A DNA stretch of 64,000 nucleotides from Selaginella moellendorffii (Eukaryota > Plantae > Lycopodiophyta): the NCBI RefSeq assembly GCF_000143415.4, contig NW_003314270.1, positions 470,527 through 534,526 of the forward strand, written 5' to 3'. Numbering within the stretch: position 1 is the first letter of the stretch; every line of letters begins with the position of its first letter. Below the pieces are notes generated by a model. It did no database searches, had not been told where the DNA came from, and saw only the letters and a program-made list of their open reading frames with translations. Below, one piece after another: positions 39,301-51,100 of the stretch. The translations under genes and the position numbers were made by a program.

Positions 39301-41321
39301 TTGGAATAGAAGCAAATTTATCACCATGAATTTAGGCCCAACACTTACCCTTCAAAAACATTCTTACACACCTTATATTAGATTTTGCTGGCATGTGGCA
39401 AATTGCCCATTATTTTGGCTCCACACTATAGTAAGTGATTTCAACTTATTGTGATACACTCTTTTCATTAACCATTTGAGGTGGTTTGGTCTGAGAGCAG
39501 TGTCTTAGTTAGAGCAAAATGGTACTTAATATCAAGCTTGTGAGAGTTTTTTGCTCCAAGATCCACCAACAAAGGAAAAACGACAATGGATAGTCTTTAT
39601 ATCACCAATAGAAGCATGGGGAATATACTCTATAGATGTGCCACAGACCACTTCCTCAATTGCAGTTGCCACTGTTCGAGTGGGTGAAATTAATTTTCTC
39701 TTCATTCTATTATGTAACATATCAATAGAAGACCCTTTTTCCATGTATCTTCCTTCCTTGAATACTAATGTTTTTGAAAACTACTTTATAGTGTGTATCA
39801 AATCTAATAGACAAGCTTTGTATAGACTTATCTTCCCTTTCCCTACCTTAGAGGAATGCTAACTCTAGTGCTTACTTTCTAAGAGATTCACAGTTAAGGT
39901 GTATAGGAGATCCTTAAGTGGTTGATCATAATGGAAAAAGCATGATCATCATATTAAGAGGCAATAAAATGAGAAAAAAAATAGAAATCAATATGAAAAG
40001 ATTGATGTCCTCATTAGAATGTCTTAACTTCCCACCAACTTAACCACGACTTAAGTTGTGATAGACAACTTACATACATATGGCCATCTTCATGCTACCA
40101 CATTTAGATCTTGTTTTATTTTGCCTCATGGTTTTCTTTAAAAGGTGTAGCCTACCATTGTTTACACAACTCCTTAAACATTAATTAAAACTCTAGTTTG
40201 ATAAGTTGGCAATGTTGGTTTAAGCTTTAAGCCTAATGGAACTCATAGCAAACTTTTGTGGTTTCATGGCAGATGGGGCTAGTGTAAATTAGAATGGTGT
40301 CTAAGCAATTTTTGGAAAGGGTTAGATATTAGAAGGTTGTAAAAGGACTAGGCTTACCAGTTTGCTTTAGTACAATATTGAAAAGGGACATCCAAAATAT
40401 TTCCTAGGCTGTTTGGTCTTATACTTTAAACTCTACTATTGTAATTGTTAAGTTATAATGTAGCCTGTGAAAACATAAATATTACAACAATTTCAATATA
40501 ATAAGAATAAAAATTGCCTTGGATCATACACATAATCTCCCATAGTTGTCCAACCTGATATGTGTTTCATATGGTCAAAATATACCTATGCATTTGCAAG
40601 GTTATTGGATCCAAATATGTCTATTTGGGAGACAAGATTTACACTAAAGGCAAGGCCCATTAAGCTCTATTTCGTTAAAGTGGGATTTATTCAGTAAAAT
40701 GGGACTAAGTACAAATTTTCAAGTATTTGAAAATGACGTGAAATTATATGCTTTTTGTCCAGGGGCTAGACATATCTGGGGCATGGTGACTAGCGCGGTG
40801 ACTTTGTGTCCAGACTGAGTCCATCTGGTTGTATAATAAATCTCATTGTCAAGGTGAACAAGCCGAATCTGAAGCTAAAGAAGAGCGATGGCATGCACGC
40901 ACACACTATTTGTTTGTTCATTGAGCGTGTGGTGAGCTTTCCAAGATGAACATCATTCCTATTAGCCAGACATATAACTTAATGGTGAGAACATTTAGAT
41001 ATTATTCAATGTTATCTTTTTCTAACGAATCTAATTGTGAAGGTGTAGCAAGAGGCATTGCTAGTCTGGAGAAGTCATTTAACTCATTTGACCCTTAGTG
41101 TATTTTCATGAAACTAAATAACATTCATATTATTAAGGAATTTCTCTAGTACCTTTTTTTTACGACATAGAGGCTTGCATTTCTTTCAAAGGTGATTTAG
41201 TAAAAGGCCTAAGGGCACATGCCATTCTATTTCTCAGACCGGTATTAAGATATACTAGTGCAAAGGGAAAAAGGTATTTGGTGATCAGGTAAATGGCATG
41301 AGGGCACATGCCATTATAAGC

Positions 41322-41579
41322 TTAAGCACTAGTGGACACCTCCTTTTTGGTACTCTCAGCGGTACTATCATCCTTCTCTGGGTCAATTGTTTTGCTTTGG
41401 ATTGTTGTCTCTAACGTTACTAGGGCGTTCTCGATAGTTGTTAATGTTGCCATTTGTTCAGAAAAATGATCACCTGGAGTATAGTACGGGGAGTTTGGAA
41501 GACTTATATATTCTACATCTTCACCTATCTCCTTCTCCATCTCCTTTTCTGCCTCACTTACAAATTTTGTGCTTGCCAT
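41322..41579 (-). CDS. Possible small acidic cargo ORF (85 aa) inside the transposon
   Basis: ATG-initiated MASTKFVSEAEKEMEKEIGEDVEYISLPNSPYYTPG...; open frame in AT-rich DNA. Confidence 0.35.
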   Translation of the reverse strand: MASTKFVSEAEKEMEKEIGEDVEYISLPNSPYYTPGDHFSEQMATLTTIENALVTLETTIQSKTIDPEKDDSTAESTKKEVSTSA

Positions 41580-42292
41580 GAGAACGCTCTTCACCCTAAA
41601 ATATGGAGTTCGTTGTGTTATTAAAGAAAACCAACACACACGCTGCAAGGGAATGATGGTACATAAAGCACGTAAGCCCACAATATGGGTTTATGTGCCA
41701 TTAATATGGGCCACACGCCATATTATTAGATTTATGCACGTGTGATTGGTAAATGCATATGTCACATCATCTTTGTTTTACCTCACACACTATATCAGGC
41801 CTAATGAACCATATCACATGTGCGCACATGCTATATATATGGAGAAGTATTATGCAAGGATAGAAAAATTCAATGCATGATTGTGGAGAGCAATGGCATG
41901 AAGCCACATGCTAAATAACATTTTAGAGAAAGAATTAAAATAGAAACATGCAAACAGTACTGAGTGGACCAAGACTTAGAAGTGCACAATTGAATGAGGT
42001 ATTTCTAATAAATATTTCACTCACCTCATATAGGAATGGCTACCACTCTCAAATGGCATATCGCCTCATGCCATCACCTCGCAATTTGTTATAACAATCC
42101 GATGAATTCATATTCGGCTTGTTCACCTTGAACTTTAAGTAAGATTTGCTAGAACAACTAAGAATTTATACTTGTTATTTGTATCATCTCACCTAGGAAT
42201 GGCGTAAGGCCACATGCCATCACGCCTCCTCTGATTCAGATTCGGATTGTTCACCTTGAAATAAAATACATTAGAAACTTAGTAAAGGAATA

Positions 42293-44986
42293 TTAATGAA
42301 TCTCACCTTGAACCCGGGTTATGAATGCTCTTGCTGCATCTCTTGCATGGTCTGGCAAGGTGATGGTGGCACTCTGCTTCCGCATCCAACCATACACAAC
42401 ATTATCCACCGATATGCTCATGCTGGGATCCCTTGGATTCAGCACCCATCTCTTTTCTAGGCAATCCTTCGTATATCCAGAACTTGGCTTGAACCACTCC
42501 ACAGTTACATTGAAGGAGTTAGTTTCCGCGTCCTCCTCTGCATCAGTGATGCAGCGCCCCACCCATATCATTTGTTTTTTATTACTGGGTCTGACAAGCA
42601 CGACCATTCCTTTGCAGACCTGTACTGGATTGAATGCTGAATCCGGCTTCTTGTTCCTCGGCCCACAATAGTGATCCTCAACATCGTTATCTGTCACTGC
42701 ATTTCTAGAGGACATTGTTCCGCTACTATCTGGTGCTCTGGGTTCTGGCCAAAAGGACTCTTCCAATTCTTCATATACAACCGGCCCATTTTGGATAGCA
42801 GATATAATCTTCTCCTAGTATTCGAACAAAGGTTTGCACCTCTGAAAATAGGATTCTCCACCAAACACCAACCCCCTCTTCCAGAAGGCAATATGCTATC
42901 TAATCCCGGCCACTATACTTTCCTGGTCTTTGAGTCCATCCGGGTGCATCGGCCGTGGGGAACCCTGAGGAATCATAGGTTCCCCAGTTATGGGATCTCT
43001 CTTGAAGAGTTCAATGCCGTCCATTGGCAGCCACATTGTGTCCCATTCTCTCATCTTGTACCTCATCACTGGAGCACCGTCACGCATGCTGAAATGAAAC
43101 TGAAGAGGCTTGGAGTGGCCAATCAGCATTTCGGATCTGTCCCTGATGTAGCCTCTTACAAACCCCTTAAAGTCTGGAACCTCTGTCACAAGTGCAGCTT
43201 CAACAGTGCCTTTGATGCAATTTTGGAATTCATCGTAGAGTTGTGGGAGGGTGAGGACATTGGATCGCCGGAGGGACTTTGCCAGGTGACTGAACATGGC
43301 ATCGACGTCTTCATGAGTGTGCCCAACCATGAGAAAGCCAAGTGTAACTGTTTCAAATATGCCTTTGGCAACAAGCATCGCCAAGTACGCGAAGACGTAC
43401 ATGTTTTTGTTCTCACTGCCAGCATTGTCTATTTGGAGCAGAAGATGGGGTGGAAGGCCACATCGGCCGCAAGAACTTCCTTGCAATACTGCAAGCCTTT
43501 GCTCTTCCTCCAGCTGAACCCTGTATGGGGTTCGATCGACAAGGGCCTTATGCAAGGGTTGGCCGTTCAGCTCAGTCTGCGCACTTTGCAGAGACCTTAA
43601 GTGTTTTACTAGGGACGCAATCATCATGTTTGCACCCCCGCCACCCCATAGAGGTACAAAGAAGTTCCCATAGTTCTGGGCACCATGCCCATGAGCGATT
43701 ATGTCAAACAGAGACACAGGCAGCTGCATGGATGAAGAGATTGCCTTGGGGGCAGGATTGAGTCGAGGTAAGCACGTCTTTTTCTGGTCCATTTTGTCGT
43801 GGATGATGCAGAGGTAAGAGTCAGGTCTCTCCATGGAGAGAATCCTGTTATGATAATATGCAGTCTTGCAGCTTCTCTGCTCGATGTTGTGGTCGAGCCG
43901 CCTTCTAACCAACGTCTCTCGCTCTTGAGCGATGCAAGAATTCTTCGACAAAGCCATTTTGATAGCAGTGCACTCGTCACACTTTGAAAAGCTAGAGTAC
44001 TTTTCTATACTCACATCCCTGAACCTGTTGCTCCACAATCTACTAAATCTAGATTGGCTCAGCTTCCTGTAGCCATTACTCTGGAGTTCCCGATTCACAT
44101 CTTCCAATATGGCCCCCTTGGTATACATGGAAGGGAGAACTCGTTGGGTGTCTCGTGTTCCATCTTCCAAGAGGCGGGTTTTATGTGGTTGCTGCTCGCT
44201 ACATGTCTCGACAAACCTCTTGAAGATTGCCTCTCCATATACAACATGACCCTTGGTTTTGTGCATACCGTCGTTCCCATGGACTGCCTGTTGAACCCTT
44301 TGTTCCTCGAACTCAGTTTTGATTCTGTAGAATATGGTTCGAGGGACTCCATAAATGATTCTCCATGCCTTCATGCAAACCAAACCCCTCTGGAAGACCA
44401 TGCCCCCCACCTGATGTTCTGAAGCATCAACAGATGACCGTAATGCCTCATACACAAAATTGCGAGCTGCCTTCCAGGACAATGTCTTATATCTTGCTCT
44501 CTCCTCTTCAATAGCATCCCAATCAGCATGTTGACAGCACCTCCTCTTGCAACAAGCAACTGTCGAGACCATTCGAACCTCCATCGCCATTTTTTGCCTT
44601 TTCGGTTCGTTGCTCAGATCCCTTTGGCTGCGCTTTAGGAAGGTGTACTTTCTTTTCCCATGAAGAGATGTTCTATCATCAGTTGTAGTGGTGTTTGATT
44701 GTGAATCCTTCACATTCTCAAACACTAAGTGCCTCAATTTCCACTGCACAATACTTCCAATAGTCAGACTGTTTTCTTCTGTATCAACAACCTCTAAAAT
44801 CGCAACTCCAATATCATCCCAGCCCAATTCTTGATTAGCAACCGCATCTCTTGGATCAACAACTGTGGCTAAGCCCTCAGCTACCACCTCCCCCTCGGGG
44901 TTGTTTAGAAACACCTTTGCCTGAATCTATGTAGCACGGTTCTTAAGATCCACGGAGGGAACATGCGTCGCACTTGCGGAGGCCAT
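42293..44986 (-). pseudogene. Transposase (~900 codons) interrupted by three in-frame TAG codons
   Basis: Motifs FSKCDEC, IIHDKMDQ, LQIDNAGSENKN, FLMVGHTHEDVDAMFS. ATG 44986 and ORFs 42896-44914 and 42293-42766 are in one frame; TAGs at 44927, 42896 and 42815. Confidence 0.8.
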
Positions 44987-45350
44987 TCTGAAAGTGCAGA
45001 AAAGAAGTTAAGACCATACAAAAAATGATTGGAGAATGGCCTAAATCATAACATACCAAACAACCTCAATAGCATGAGACCACATGCCATTATTCAAACA
45101 TGCTATTGACACCTACGTGAAATTTCGCATTCACAAAATTGGCATGAGCCCTCATGCCATCTTGATATACACACAGCTGCAGGCAAGTAAAAACATATAT
45201 GACAATATGCTAGCCATGAAATTGCAAGGGCCCAAGATGGCATGTGGCCTCATGCCATTTCTAAATGTGGTCCTAAGCCATTCCATGGTGAACATACCAG
45301 GAAGCACAAGTGCCGAATATCAAGAGGAAGCGGTAGCCACACCAAAGACA

Positions 45351-45545
45351 GTGCCGCTCGCAACACCGCAACTACTCGTAGCGCCGCTCGCAACACCGCA
45401 ACTGCTCGTAGCGCCGCTCACACAAACTGCCACTCGCATAAACTGCCGCTTGCAATGGCGCTCGCAATGCCGCAACCGCTCGTAGACGCATAAACCACAG
45501 CTCACAACGCCGCTTACACAAGCAGCGCTCACTGCGCTCAGCGGA
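45351..45545. repeat. CG-rich ~30-bp degenerate tandem repeat upstream of the transposase
   Basis: GCCGCTCGCAACACCGCAACT(A/G)CTCGTAGC units and variants. Confidence 0.8.
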
Positions 45546-46281
45546 ACCAAGAACACGGCGCACAAAAATGATAGACCTAGGAATGAGTTCGAGAATTCAA
45601 AAATAACACACGCTTGAACGTCACATCAAATCCTCTGACAAACCAGATCTTATGATTCCTCTGACAAATTTCAAACTGAGTAGCTTCTAGACTTTGCTGT
45701 TGGAGGTTGAACTTTGTCACATCATGTCTTTGCCTCGATCCAGCTGTGCCATGTTAGTGATTCGAACTTTGCCATGCCATATCAGCGATCTGCGCCAAGA
45801 TTATTCGCCGTGTAAAGGAATAATTATGCTGTGTGTGTACGTCCATTTATGGCAATATAAGGCCACACGCCATTCAAAGAATAATGCTAGTCGAGCATTT
45901 TTTGGTGCATTTTTGGGTTCAAAATTGCATGAGCCCACACGCTATAAAGTTTACCTATACCAAAAATAGAAACAGCTTTATTTACTTGGGAATTTAAGTG
46001 GTTGAGGCATTTTTAAACTTACAAACACATGCCCTACTTACATTCCTTTGGTTGCTTAAAATTCAAAAATATTATAAACCTTTCTTTTTGCATTTTCAAT
46101 GTTTTCAATTATGGTTTTTGATTTTCGCAGGACCAGCCTAGTAATATATTTGCATCCCGTCATGTTTATAGCTAGTTTTCGTTTGTCCCCTTCGCTAGCC
46201 TGAGATACATCTGCTCAGCATCTGCCTCTTACAGCATTTGCCCAGAAAGGGCATCTTTCTTCACGCAGCATTTGCCACATG

Positions 46282-46307
46282 TTTAGGGTTTAGGGTTTAG
46301 GGTTTAG
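46282..46307 (+). repeat. Interstitial plant telomeric repeat (TTTAGGG)3.7
   Basis: TTTAGGGTTTAGGGTTTAGGGTTTAG. Confidence 0.85.
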
Positions 46308-48122
46308 CAATTCAGTAACTTGATAAACATGCAAATACAGAACTTGATGCAAAATCCTTTGATATGTCACAATGCCCCTAGAACCATAAACACATTTCAA
46401 TAGAGAGGGTCCTTTCATTTCATAACTCCTTACGTAGATCTTGGTGAAACCAGAGTTAGTGAAGTTGGTTTCTTGTGATCCCGCATCTGATTGTGATGTC
46501 CCTTTGTAGTGTCGATGGAAAGGTCAATGCACACCAAACTGTAGAATCTTGGAACAAAATAACGGTTGGATCTATGGCAAATGCTGTAGCGCACCTGAAT
46601 TTGGAGCCGAACTCCAAGCCCGTTGCGCTACGAAACGAGGGTCCGGTACAATCCCACGAGCACCAGCTCCCCGTATCCAGCACCTGCACGCAAAATGGTG
46701 TCAAACGGAGGTCTGGCACAATTTTGGCATACCGGTGGCCTAACGCGAGAAGGAGGGTACTCCACCGACTAGAGCAGCGTGGAGCTTGGGCTTAGACCCA
46801 AGCCGGACGCAGAACAAGGAGCGACACAGCCCAGCGGGAGCCAAACTAATGTCTCAGGTGGTCGGACATGCATTCCAACCACTATCCCTACTATACATTT
46901 GGAACCCCCCACAGCCCCCCCCCCTTGAGGGACACACGCTTTGGGCTTTCACCCCAAGCCTCCCTTAGTACCAGGAGTTAGTCTCTGGGACAAGTCCGAA
47001 ACTTACTAAATATGGAATGGCCTTAGATTGCGAATTTGGACACGGAACGAACACCATTGTGTTCAGGCCACTCTCTACGTTCTGTAGATATGCCAAATGA
47101 GCGAATCTAGACACTTTCCATAAATAGTATATGGGACTGAAATGAGACCAACACTAAGGGTATGATAGCGAGGGTGTTTGGCAGACACGGTAAGCTATCA
47201 TCCAGCGATATTGAGGGACTAGTCTCAATATGCGAGGGTTCTTGCCAAGCCAGTGCAAGACAGAGCAAAAGAGAACTAAGAGCCAGGCCGAGAATGCTCA
47301 GCTAGAAACACATAGGAGTTCCTACCTTATGTTCATCTGGCTAAGTACAGATGCTAAGCCCAGTAAGCTAACACTTGGACAAGAGGGGCTATTGAAGGGA
47401 ACCAGCAGTACCGACCTCCTGCCGTCGTGGCAGTAAGGAAAGAGTGCCCGTAAGGACTGGCCGACAAGTATCTTTCGATACCCAAAGTCACGTTCGCGAC
47501 ACTCTCCCCCCCTTGGGGAAGATCGACGTCCTCGTCGATGCATACCCGAGTCTAGCAAACCGTCAAGGAAACAACTCCGAAAGTTAACGGAAAGCACACT
47601 ATGTGGGAAACACACCGACTTAAATGAGTTATGGAACGACCTCTCCTCTACGTCCAAAGACGTTAAGACCCAGACACCCTCCGGCCGTCGCCGACAAGGA
47701 AATGACCAACGGAGTTAGCCACCCTTGCTGCTCTGAGTACCACTCAGCTTACAAAGGAATGATACATCCCTGCCCGCAGGGATATAGGGAGAAGGCCAGA
47801 GGCCCAACTGCCCCTGAGCAAGAAATCAACCCCGTCAGGAAGATTTAGACAACTATTATAAACTGGCAGATTAAGTTGTTTACACGACCACGCCCCTTTT
47901 TTTTTTTTTTTTTGAAAAGGAGTCATCGAGAGAGAGGCGGGGACTTGTGATCAGTCTATAATAGTTATCCCCATGGTTATGGATTGGACCCATGCACCGA
48001 AGTGCCGAAGTCAGCCTGCCAAAACTGACCCAAGTACAAATGATTTAGAGAAACGACACTTTGAGTGATAGAAATATTTTTACTTTATTAATTTGCAAGA
48101 TTTATTACAAGATTTACAAAAG

Positions 48123-51100
48123 CTAGGCTTTATTACAATTCTCATACTCCGTGACAAGCTCACGAGCATGGGTAAGATTACTAAGAGGTTCCCAAGTTGA
48201 TTCACAAGTCGGGTAACCTTTCCACTTAACTAAATATTCCTTCGCATGAGCCCGTCTCCGAAACCGAGAATCCAAGATAGATTCAGCTTCATACTCAGGT
48301 TCACCATCCACGATTACTGGCGGAGGACGCATATCCGTAGAGGGTTCCAAAGCAGCATGATATGGTGCCAGTAAACTGACATGAAACACATCATGTAGCT
48401 TAGATAACTCCTCAGGAAGATCCAACTTATAGGATACATCACCAACACGTTTTAACACCTGATAGGGTCCAACATATCTCGGCAAGAGCTTCCGAGACAA
48501 AGAACCCTTGATGTTCAAGTTCCGGGAAGATAGCCACACCTGATCTCCCACTAGATAGGATACATCCCGACGATGCTGATCCTTGTCACGTCGATACCTA
48601 TCCTGAGCTTTGCCCATCGCCTCGGTAGCTTTAGACCAACCTTGGCGTAGCTGCTCCGCATAAGTTTCCACGGCTGGGACCAACACTTCGGTCATTGGTT
48701 TCGGGACAACGATCTGTTGAGGAACCCCACGAGCATTCCCTTGCAACATCTCCTATGGAGAACAGCCTATAGAGCTGTGAAATGTGTTGTTATAACAAAT
48801 TTCTGCTGTATCCAAATGCTCAACCCAGTCGCGTTGGTCCGCCGCGACATAGTACCGCAGATAATCCTCAACTTGAGCATTCACGCGTTCGGTCTGCCCA
48901 TCAGTTTGAGGATGATAAGCCGTACTAAACTTCAACTTGGTACCAAACAACTGGAATAGGGTTCCCCAAAACTTCCCCGTAAACCTCGAATCTCTATCTG
49001 AGATCATTTCTTCAGGAAGACCACGAACTCGCACTACTTCATGGAAAAAGAGCTTTGCTGCTTGTTTCGCATTTACTGTTCCCACAGTTGGAATGAAGTG
49101 TGCAATCTTTGACAACCGATCCACAACCACCATCAAAGTATCATAACCCTTAGACTTCGGCAAACAAGTGACGAAATCAAGTGTCACACTTTGAAATGGC
49201 CATGCTGGTACTGGAATGCACTGCAACTTTCCAGCCTGCTTCTCAGTTCTGCGCTTACATTGCTGGCATACAGGACAGGAACGGACATAGTCCGCTACAT
49301 CATCTTCCATACCAGACCAGAAAAATCCCTTTTTCAATGAAGCCAGAGTCTTTCGTTGTCCACCATGTCCTGCTGCTGGAACATCGTGATGTTCCCGCAG
49401 AAATAACTGCTGAAGATCCTTAGAGGGAAGATACAATCTTTCTTGCTTATAGAATATAAGCCCATCCCGAACTGAGAAGTGAAGTTTCGCATTAGTGCGA
49501 CTAGCAACTTTTGCTGCTTCGCTACCAGGGCTCTGCTTCGACAACTCCGCACGGCGTAAGATTGTCTTCGCCAATGGATCTCTTCCATACGAAGCCCGAA
49601 CGTCCTCCAACCAGTCCGAACTGATTGCCGATATTGCCCGGAATTGAGCTTGACGACTCAACGCATCCGGAACAATATTGTCTTTACCAGGTTTATATAT
49701 GATTTCAATATCATATCTAGCAAGCTTCTCTTGCCAACGAGCCTGCTTCGGCGTAAGCTTAGGCTGCGTAGCAAAGTAGCTTAGTGTGTTACTATCTGTA
49801 TAAACCTTGGTATGTCCACCCAAGTAGTGTCTCCAGTGTTCCAGGGCCGACACTATAGCAAACATCTCTTTCTCATGCGTTGGCCATCTTCGTTGGGTCT
49901 CATCCAATTTCTTGGAATAGAACGCAACGGGACAACCATGTCGCCTTAACGTAACACCAACCGCTTTGTCACAATCTTGCTGCAACACGGCACCAATAGC
50001 ATAGCCAGATGCATCACAATGCACTTCGAAGGGTTTATCAAGATCTGGGATCCTGAGAACAGGAACTGTAGTCAAGATCTCCTTCAACCGTGCAAAAGCA
50101 CGCTGGCAAACTGGTGTCCAATGAAACGGAATACTACTCTTCGTCAACTCAGTCAACGGAAGAGCAATCCTTGCAAAATTGCAGACAAACTTACGATAGT
50201 ATCCCGCCAAACCGAGAAAGGATCGAACATCTGATACAGTGGTCGGAACTTCCCAGGACTTCACTGCTTCCACCTTCTTTGGATCGACCTCAATCACGCC
50301 ACCACCAACTATATGTCCAAGAAAGTTTACGCGCAATTGTCCAAAAGCGCATTTACTTTCCTTAGCATACAGTTTGTGTTCGCGCAACTTCTGAAACACC
50401 AGCTCCAAGTGTTTCAAATGATCCTCCAACGTTTCACTAAAGACTAGAACATCGTCAATATACAGGACAACAAATGCATCCAAGTAATCTCCGAATATTC
50501 TATCCATCATAGTGCTGAACGTTGCCGGAGCATTGCATAATCCAAATGGCATGACAAGGAACTCATAAGATCCGTACCGAGTCTTAAAGGCTGTCTTCTC
50601 TACATCCTGATCTGCCACCCGTATCTGATGATACCCGGACCGCAAATCAAGTCGCGTAAAATACTTAGCCTTTAAGAGTTGGTCAAACAAGTCATCAATG
50701 CGAGGCAAAGGATAACTGTTTTTAACCGTGATCTTGTTGAGTGCCCGATAGTCAATACACATCCTCATGGTTCCATCCTTTTTCATAACAAAAAGGACTG
50801 GCGCTCCATAAGGTGACTTGCTTGGTCGGATATGACCTTTGTCAAGAAGCTCCGTGAGTTGCTTCTTGAGTTCAGCCATCTCCTTGATGTTCAACCGATA
50901 TGGAGCTTTCGTAGGTGGTTTAGAACCCGGAATAATCTCAATCCGATGATCAACCTCACGGCTAGGAGGTAGCCCTGGCGGCAAATCCTTCGGAAAGATA
51001 TCCTGATTCCTCGCCAACAACTCCAATATCCTTTTTGGTACAGGATCAACCCCGTCGCCGATTCGTACTGAGTCACCAATACCCTCAGCTTCCATCACTT

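Larger units (their letters stand above)
40750..46390 (-). mobile_element. DNA transposon (Sola1-like/DUF7869-type DDD transposase); termini not firmly resolved
   Basis: Transposase plus repeated palindromic subterminal motifs on both sides. Weak TIR-like match: GATATGTC..GCCCCT.GA at 46361-46382 versus the reverse complement of 40758-40776. Confidence 0.6.

Noticed and set aside
36500-40600. Possible genes in the AT-rich interval
   Set aside because: Only short ORFs; looks like decayed TE sequence that I cannot classify.
42671-43600. 309-aa plus-strand ORF
   Set aside because: Antisense shadow of the transposase; no recognisable motifs.
45351-45545. Repeat array as CRISPR-like
   Set aside because: Tandem degenerate units without unique spacers; eukaryotic context and no cas genes.
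47897-47913. T17 run as a retroposed poly(A) tail
   Set aside because: Present in both tandem units within the 3' UTR, with no TSD; a simple homopolymer expansion.
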